A DNA stretch of 39,794 nucleotides from a virus (lineage: Duplodnaviria; Caudoviricetes), in IMG/VR virus record IMGVR_UViG_3300045557_000063, positions 1-39,794 of that record. The stretch is one strand, 5' to 3'. This document shows, one piece after another, positions 34,769-39,794 of the stretch; position 1 is the stretch's first letter, and each line of letters begins with the position of its first letter. Below the pieces are notes generated by a model that saw nothing but the letters and a program-made list of their open reading frames with translations, had not been told where the DNA came from and did no database searches. Made by a program: the position numbers and the translations under genes.

Positions 34769-36709
34769 TCAATCTTTTTTATAAAAATCTGTCTCGTAGC
34801 CATCGGCGCGGAGCAGCAGACCCTTTGCCCAAGGCGGTGTCCGCCCCATCAGCTCACAGACAGCTTTCAAAGACATCCGTGAATCAGCTTCGATGACGAT
34901 TTCGTCGTGGACATGCATGACGATGGAGCAGTGCCGGAGTGTTTGCATGGCACTGCAAAGGATGTCGCGGGCAGTTGCCTGCACAATGTTTTCCACGAAC
35001 TTCGGCCCGTAGGAATCCAGTCGTTCCCACTTTTTCGTCGCACCGACACCTTCGTAGGTGATGCACTGCCCACCGAACTTGTTTTCACCGATTCGCGGCT
35101 TCACATAAGCAAGCCGCCTACCGGAAGGCAGCGAAATGAAAAGCATCCCGCTCTGGCAGGAGAAAGTGATCCCACGTGTAGAGTTGGTGCGTTTATACCG
35201 AACCGCCTCCATAGCGGCTTTGTCCACATCCCACCAGAACTTCACGATGTGTGGATTGGCTTGTCGCCACGCATCAACCAGCTGAGGGAGTTCGTCCTCA
35301 TCAAGTCCCATATCAAGAGCGCCCATTGCTTTGAGCGCACCGACAGATCCGCCATAACCGAGCGCGAGTTCAGCAATCTTGCCTTTTTGCCGCAGGTGAC
35401 CGTTGACGCCATGCTTTTCAACCGGCACCTTAAACATCTGCGATGCGGAGGCGCAGTAGATATCCCCGCCCTTGGCAAACACATCCTGTCGCCACTCTTC
35501 ACCAGCCAGCCATGCGATCACGCGGGCTTCGATGGCGCTGAAGTCTGATACGATGAACCGAGCCCCGGCCCTTGGGACGAAGGCAGTACGGATCAGCTGC
35601 GACAGCGTGTCCGGCACATCCTCGTAGAGCATTTCAAGTGCATCAAAATCACCGAAGCGCACAAGGGCACGCGCTTCGGCCAAGTCCTCCAGATGATTCT
35701 GAGGGAGGTTTTGCATCTGAATGAGCCTACCTGCCCAGCGCCCGGTTCGATTGGCACCAAAAAATTGAAACATCCCACGGGCGCGACCATCGGTACAGAC
35801 CGCATTCTCCATTGCCTGATACTTACGAACCGATGACTTGGCAAGCTGCTGCCGGAGTGAGAGGACGTCTGCAAGATCCGGAGGTGCCGTTTTTAATAAC
35901 TCGGTGACAACCTTTTTCCCAAGTGTGTCGGTCTCCATGCCATTGTCGGCAAGCCACTGCTTCATCTGCTGCACAGAGTTCGGATTGTCCAGCTCTGTTA
36001 GATGCTTCATAGCGGTAGTGAGCTCTGAACGGGAGCGACTATCCATTGCGATAGCCTCTTGGACCAGTGTCATATCCAGCGCAACGCCTCGGTCATTGAT
36101 CTCCTGGTCGATGTGGTAATCGTCCCAGATGCTATCCTGCACCGGAAATCTGGCGAGCTTTTCTTGAATGGACATTTCCGCTTCAACATCACGGATGTTA
36201 TATTTCTTAAACGCCGACCATTTATCTGGTGCGTGATAGGGATGATTCCGGCTGCGCTGACCGTTGGCTTTCGTTGGAGCACAAGGCTGACAGAAGTATT
36301 TGATGAGATCCTTACCTTCGGTGAGTTTCTGCTTGTCCAGCTTAAGTACCGAGCCGACGCCTTCCAGCGACAGAGGCAGTCCCATCGTCGCTGCCCATAC
36401 CATCGAGCATTTCCATGAGGAAGGGTTGATGTATTTGCCGGTTGGGAGTCCAAGAAAGCGAGACAGGCAGATCCGTTCAAAGTTTGCGTTGAACGCCCAT
36501 TTGATCACCGTTTCATCCATGAGTGCGGAGATAACATCGCAGGGCAGCTTCTCCCCACTGGCAAGGTCAACGACCTGGACTTCGCCGCTGTCAATACTGT
36601 AGCCGAAAAGGAGAATCTCGAAATCAGGTGACTCGACATAGCGGTATACACCTGATTTGGCGAGATTTGCGCTGCTGTAAGTTTCAATATCTATTGAGAG
36701 TATTTTCAT
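34769..36709 (-). CDS. Phage DNA polymerase, family A
   Basis: DIETYS exonuclease I, DFSAIEAR motif A, RQKGKIAELALGYG motif B, HVHDE motif C. Confidence 0.95.
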   Translation of the reverse strand: MKILSIDIETYSSANLAKSGVYRYVESPDFEILLFGYSIDSGEVQVVDLASGEKLPCDVISALMDETVIKWAFNANFERICLSRFLGLPTGKYINPSSWKCSMVWAATMGLPLSLEGVGSVLKLDKQKLTEGKDLIKYFCQPCAPTKANGQRSRNHPYHAPDKWSAFKKYNIRDVEAEMSIQEKLARFPVQDSIWDDYHIDQEINDRGVALDMTLVQEAIAMDSRSRSELTTAMKHLTELDNPNSVQQMKQWLADNGMETDTLGKKVVTELLKTAPPDLADVLSLRQQLAKSSVRKYQAMENAVCTDGRARGMFQFFGANRTGRWAGRLIQMQNLPQNHLEDLAEARALVRFGDFDALEMLYEDVPDTLSQLIRTAFVPRAGARFIVSDFSAIEARVIAWLAGEEWRQDVFAKGGDIYCASASQMFKVPVEKHGVNGHLRQKGKIAELALGYGGSVGALKAMGALDMGLDEDELPQLVDAWRQANPHIVKFWWDVDKAAMEAVRYKRTNSTRGITFSCQSGMLFISLPSGRRLAYVKPRIGENKFGGQCITYEGVGATKKWERLDSYGPKFVENIVQATARDILCSAMQTLRHCSIVMHVHDEIVIEADSRMSLKAVCELMGRTPPWAKGLLLRADGYETDFYKKD

Positions 36710-36771
36710 AGTTGACCATCCTTTTATAAGGAACGGTGGTAAAGAAGTTCTCTACCGCCGTCCACAGTTTT

Positions 36772-36945
36772 TTACTTGAAGTCACGCATTCGTTTTTCGT
36801 GATACTCTTTATCATGAGCTTCGCGCTCTTCGTCACGTTTTGCCCTCTTGCGATCACCTCGAATGCTCTGAATCATTGAGATCAGGAACGTGACACAGAG
36901 AGCTGAGTACAATCCTAAAAGGATGTTTAGTAAAATCGTTGTCAT
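36772..36945 (-). CDS. Small membrane protein (57 aa, not in the ORF track)
   Basis: Hand translation MTTILLNILLGLYSALCVTFLISMIQSIRGDRKRAKRDEEREAHDKEYHEKRMRDFK; SD AAGGA. Confidence 0.7.
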   Translation of the reverse strand: MTTILLNILLGLYSALCVTFLISMIQSIRGDRKRAKRDEEREAHDKEYHEKRMRDFK

Positions 36946-36962
36946 TGGTTTACCGTCCTTTC

Positions 36963-37538
36963 TTAAGACAAGAAGTCGTCATCATCGTCTGTTGCGAAAT
37001 CGGACTCGGCACTAACCTTGCCACCAAGAGGCTCGCCGTCGCGCACCTTCTGTAGGTTGTTTAGACCACATGCGATGCCCTTGTTGCCGTTGGAGTTGAA
37101 GGCATAGAAGCTGATGCTGGCTCTGCCATACACGCCGGAGTACACCTCGGAACGGGTCAGAATAGGATTACGGTCAGCATCCACGACGCCGGGCGCGGTA
37201 GCGGAATTGGCGTTGATGAAGTACGCATTGGCGTAAGCGGGATCGTCGGGGCGTTCAGAATCGCCATCTCTGAGCGGGGTCTTGATTGCTGCCATCGGGG
37301 GCACGGACTTGCCGCTACCTTTGAGCTTTGCTTCTCCATCGTGGTAGGCAGCCTCAATAGCGGCCTTGATCTTGGCTACGGTCTTGGTGTCGGACTTCGG
37401 GATAATGAGCGAAACAGAGAACTTCGGAGTGCCGCCGTTGATGCTCTTTGCCTCCCAGACATTTGCATAGCTCCAGCGGGTGTCGGGTCCAGTGATAACC
37501 TTCATTGGGTTGTTGGCTTTGTTGGTGTTGTTATTCAT
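36963..37538 (-). CDS. DUF2815-like ssDNA-binding protein
   Basis: RWSYANVWE, PLRDGD, YSGVYGR, GLNNLQK, acidic tail DDDDDFLS. Confidence 0.9.
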   Translation of the reverse strand: MNNNTNKANNPMKVITGPDTRWSYANVWEAKSINGGTPKFSVSLIIPKSDTKTVAKIKAAIEAAYHDGEAKLKGSGKSVPPMAAIKTPLRDGDSERPDDPAYANAYFINANSATAPGVVDADRNPILTRSEVYSGVYGRASISFYAFNSNGNKGIACGLNNLQKVRDGEPLGGKVSAESDFATDDDDDFLS

Positions 37539-38670
37539 AATCGTTTTCCTCCATAAAATCATTTTTGGCTGTATTCATGACCGGGCGTTTGTCGCTATCC
37601 GGTACAAGCGTGGGTTTGCCTTGCGGCTTTTCGATGTAGGCCGCGAGGAGTTCGTCAAAGCGGGATTTGCCGAGTAGTTTCTGCATGGCGGTGACGCCGA
37701 GGACCTTATGGTCATATGGGTCAAAGCCTGCATCTTTGACTGCATCAGCAACTGCTGTTTCATTGGTGTATCTGCGATTGGAACGACCTTCGACCAATTT
37801 CCATCCGTTCCATTCCTTACCGCTAATGGCCTGCTGCAGGGCATATTCCTTGATGTCAGTAGCCCAAGCCACAAGGTCATCGATACGGGTAAGGATTTCT
37901 TCGACTTCCTCGTCCGTGAGTAGCGGCGGAAGCTTGAAGTCATAGCGGGCAAGCTCCAGGTTGGCATCGGCTCTGGCGCGGCAGTCGTGCTTTGCCTTGC
38001 AGAAACCACACCATTCACCGCAGAGGAAGTTACCGTCACCGGCGAATGCTAAATCGGCGGTGGGTTTGAGTACTTCGTCCGCCCAGCGGTAAAGTTCATC
38101 TTTTGAGAGCTCATAGGTGCTGATGTTATCGCGCCGGGGCTGATAAATGGTCATGAGAACGGTGTCGATGTCGTAGATTCCGTCAAACAGCTCCAGGGCA
38201 CCAAGGGCGTAACACTGCATCTGAGGATTCTTTTCCGCGCTTACGAGAACGCCAAGCCCATGTTTGTAGTCGCATATCTGCAGGGTACCGTCCGCGATAA
38301 TGATGCAGTCGGCGGTGCCGAAACCAGACTCCACCCAGCGAGAGAAGTCCACACGCTGCTCGATTAGGACGACCGGGTCGGCACAGGTCTGCTTGGCTGC
38401 TTCTACCTGTTCAAGAATGTACGCCGCGTAGCTAGAAGCGCAGTCAGCCATTTCCTCGTTGAACCAGGTGAGGTTCTCAGTCGGGTCCTTTGCCTCCATG
38501 CCCAGTGCCTGACGGAGTTTGTACTCACAAAGCTCGTGGGCGTCTGTGCCTTCAGCAGCGTAATTACTGCCCTTATCGTCGTAGCTCTCGCAGAGTCGAG
38601 CCGAGGGCGGACAACGGAGCCAGCGTTCGGAGCTGGATGCGGATAGAAGAGCGTGTCCTTTAGCTGGCAT
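37531..38670 (-). CDS. DUF2800 Cas4-like PD-(D/E)xK nuclease
   Basis: HALLSASSS.RW..CPPS, EQRV, FGTADC, DYKHG, WCGFCK...C. Confidence 0.9.
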   Translation of the reverse strand: MPAKGHALLSASSSERWLRCPPSARLCESYDDKGSNYAAEGTDAHELCEYKLRQALGMEAKDPTENLTWFNEEMADCASSYAAYILEQVEAAKQTCADPVVLIEQRVDFSRWVESGFGTADCIIIADGTLQICDYKHGLGVLVSAEKNPQMQCYALGALELFDGIYDIDTVLMTIYQPRRDNISTYELSKDELYRWADEVLKPTADLAFAGDGNFLCGEWCGFCKAKHDCRARADANLELARYDFKLPPLLTDEEVEEILTRIDDLVAWATDIKEYALQQAISGKEWNGWKLVEGRSNRRYTNETAVADAVKDAGFDPYDHKVLGVTAMQKLLGKSRFDELLAAYIEKPQGKPTLVPDSDKRPVMNTAKNDFMEENDYE

Positions 38671-38971
38671 CGTTCAGTCCCTCCACATCTTCAAGCAGTG
38701 CTTTATAGTTGACCGGATCAATGCCGGACAGCTTGTCGGCACCGTACTTCTGGAGCAGAGAGCGAATCTGAACGGTGAAGCCAGCACGAGACTTATCCGC
38801 AAGGACTGCTCTGACCGCTTCCAGCGTAAGTAGCGGTTCAGTGGGTGTAGGTTCCGGCATTGGTTCACTGCGACTAAACTGCTCCGCCAGCCAGTTTGCA
38901 GCTTCGTTAATAGCTGCAGCGGCTCTGCGCAGTTCTTCGATGGTCATGGCCATGTCGCTCATTTTGCTCAT
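38660..38971 (-). CDS. Conserved phage protein
   Basis: LTLEAVRAVLADKSRAG...LLQKYGA.KLS; SD AAGGAGG. Confidence 0.82.
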   Translation of the reverse strand: MSKMSDMAMTIEELRRAAAAINEAANWLAEQFSRSEPMPEPTPTEPLLTLEAVRAVLADKSRAGFTVQIRSLLQKYGADKLSGIDPVNYKALLEDVEGLNDAS

Positions 38972-39122
38972 GTGCTTTTCCTCCTTCCTTGGATTGGCTC
39001 TGTCCGGCGAGCAAGGTCAATTTTCTTGCTAGCCGCATGGATACAACGCTGATCGCAGTGAGAACATCTACGAGTTCATCATCTGCAGCGCAGCTCCGTG
39101 GTCTTGTCTGTGCCTTATGCAT
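38907..39122 (-). CDS. Hypothetical phage protein
   Basis: ATG 39122 with SD AAGGAGGTG, first gene after motif A; overlaps the next gene by 65 nt. Confidence 0.6.
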   Translation of the reverse strand: MHKAQTRPRSCAADDELVDVLTAISVVSMRLARKLTLLAGQSQSKEGGKAHEQNERHGHDHRRTAQSRCSY

Positions 39123-39172
39123 TTCTTTCACCTCCTTGGAAGGAGCCCTTGTCGTTTTGCTCTTTCCACTAC

Positions 39173-39205
39173 CCAATGGAGGTGAGAATGGTGTTTGAAC
39201 GAAAA
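39173..39205 (-). promoter_or_regulatory. Motif A copy 3
   Basis: CCAATGGAGGT-gagaatggtgt-TTGAACGAAAA. Confidence 0.75.
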
Positions 39206-39209
39206 TCAG

Positions 39210-39257
39210 GAAAAAAGATTTTCTCCGGCCACTAATTTAGGCAGCCGGAGAAGGATG
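39210..39257 (-). terminator. Intrinsic terminator after the sigma-like gene
   Basis: TTCTCCGGC...GCCGGAGAA stem with a T-run on the minus strand. Confidence 0.7.
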
Positions 39258-39266
39258 GATGCGGCA

Positions 39267-39794
39267 TTAGATGTAGTCGCGTAGGTGCTCCCGTAAAGCG
39301 TCAAATGCCTTTTTCTTCTTGTAGTTGATGGTGGATTGTCGAGAAATGCCCATGATGGCAGCAATCTCGCGTTCTGACTTTTCTTGAAGCAGTAGCTCGC
39401 AGATACGGCGTCCGTCGGGGTCGAGCTTGTCCAGCATGCAAATAAGGGTGTCAAGCAGTTCGCGATCCTCTAGGATTGACTGAGCACCTGGAGCATCGTC
39501 CGCCAAGTCATCGAGCCAGCTCTTTTCGTTGCCGTCGTCGTCGGTCACGGTGTAATCAAGGGAAAGCTCATCGCCTGCCTTGTGAAAATGGCAGGTCCAG
39601 CAGTCCATATTGCAGAGGTAGCGCTTGTTTGCTGGGCAGACACAGCGGCCGTGCTCCTGTTGCCTGCGGCGATAGGCATTAATATCGCGGTAATAGTTGT
39701 CATAGTCGGTTTTGCTGACGGGCACCCACTGGTGCAGGTCCTTGAGGTAGATTTTTCGTTCGTTGGATTGGTTCTGGTTTGCATTGTTTGACAT
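39267..39794 (-). CDS. Sigma-70 region 4 (ECF-like) factor with a Cys-rich N-terminus
   Basis: LDKLDPDGRRICEL...SEREIAAIMGISRQSTINYKKKKAF is a region-4 HTH; CVC-x7-C-x3-C-x2-C. Confidence 0.82.
   Translation of the reverse strand: MSNNANQNQSNERKIYLKDLHQWVPVSKTDYDNYYRDINAYRRRQQEHGRCVCPANKRYLCNMDCWTCHFHKAGDELSLDYTVTDDDGNEKSWLDDLADDAPGAQSILEDRELLDTLICMLDKLDPDGRRICELLLQEKSEREIAAIMGISRQSTINYKKKKAFDALREHLRDYI

Larger units (their letters stand above)
1892..39794 (-). mobile_element. Integrated siphovirus-type prophage (phi1207.3/phi-m46.1-like gene order); continues past the right edge
   Basis: Contiguous replication, packaging, head, tail, lysis and serine-recombinase modules. Left boundary inferred from loss of methyltransferase homology at ~1891 and a visible shift in base composition. 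Confidence 0.9.

Noticed and set aside
37531-38670. Cas4-like nuclease as a sign of CRISPR
   Set aside because: No repeat-spacer array or other cas genes; DUF2800 is a normal member of this replication module

Overview
Bases 1-~1890 are AT-rich host DNA that looks clostridial: an AbrB-family regulator, a small gene with a LexA-like box, and a restriction-endonuclease/N6-methyltransferase fusion gene that breaks off exactly at its SAM-binding motif I. From ~1892 to the window end lies a mostly minus-strand siphovirus-type prophage whose gene order resembles the phi1207.3/phi-m46.1 group. Right to left it carries: sigma-like factor, replication module (DUF2800, SSB, family A polymerase, P4-type primase, VRR-NUC, SNF2), late activator, HNH/terS, metK plus a ParB-methyltransferase, terL, HK97-type head, tail, holin/amidase, HTH-zinc protein, SHOCT-like protein, two large serine recombinases, and four plus-strand orphan cargo genes. 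The far attachment site and any repressor are outside the window. The most notable signals are: (1) three exactly spaced copies of TTTTCGTTCAA-N11-ACCTCCATTGG in front of the replication and recombination operons, a candidate regulon of the phage sigma factor; (2) a second three-copy motif, TTG-N16-GAGTGATRTAT; (3) a rubredoxin-like domain inserted into a tail protein; (4) integration into the R-M gene alongside a phage-borne SAM synthetase plus methyltransferase; (5) a probable ATA start codon for terL. Family names come from motif recognition by eye; no searches were run.
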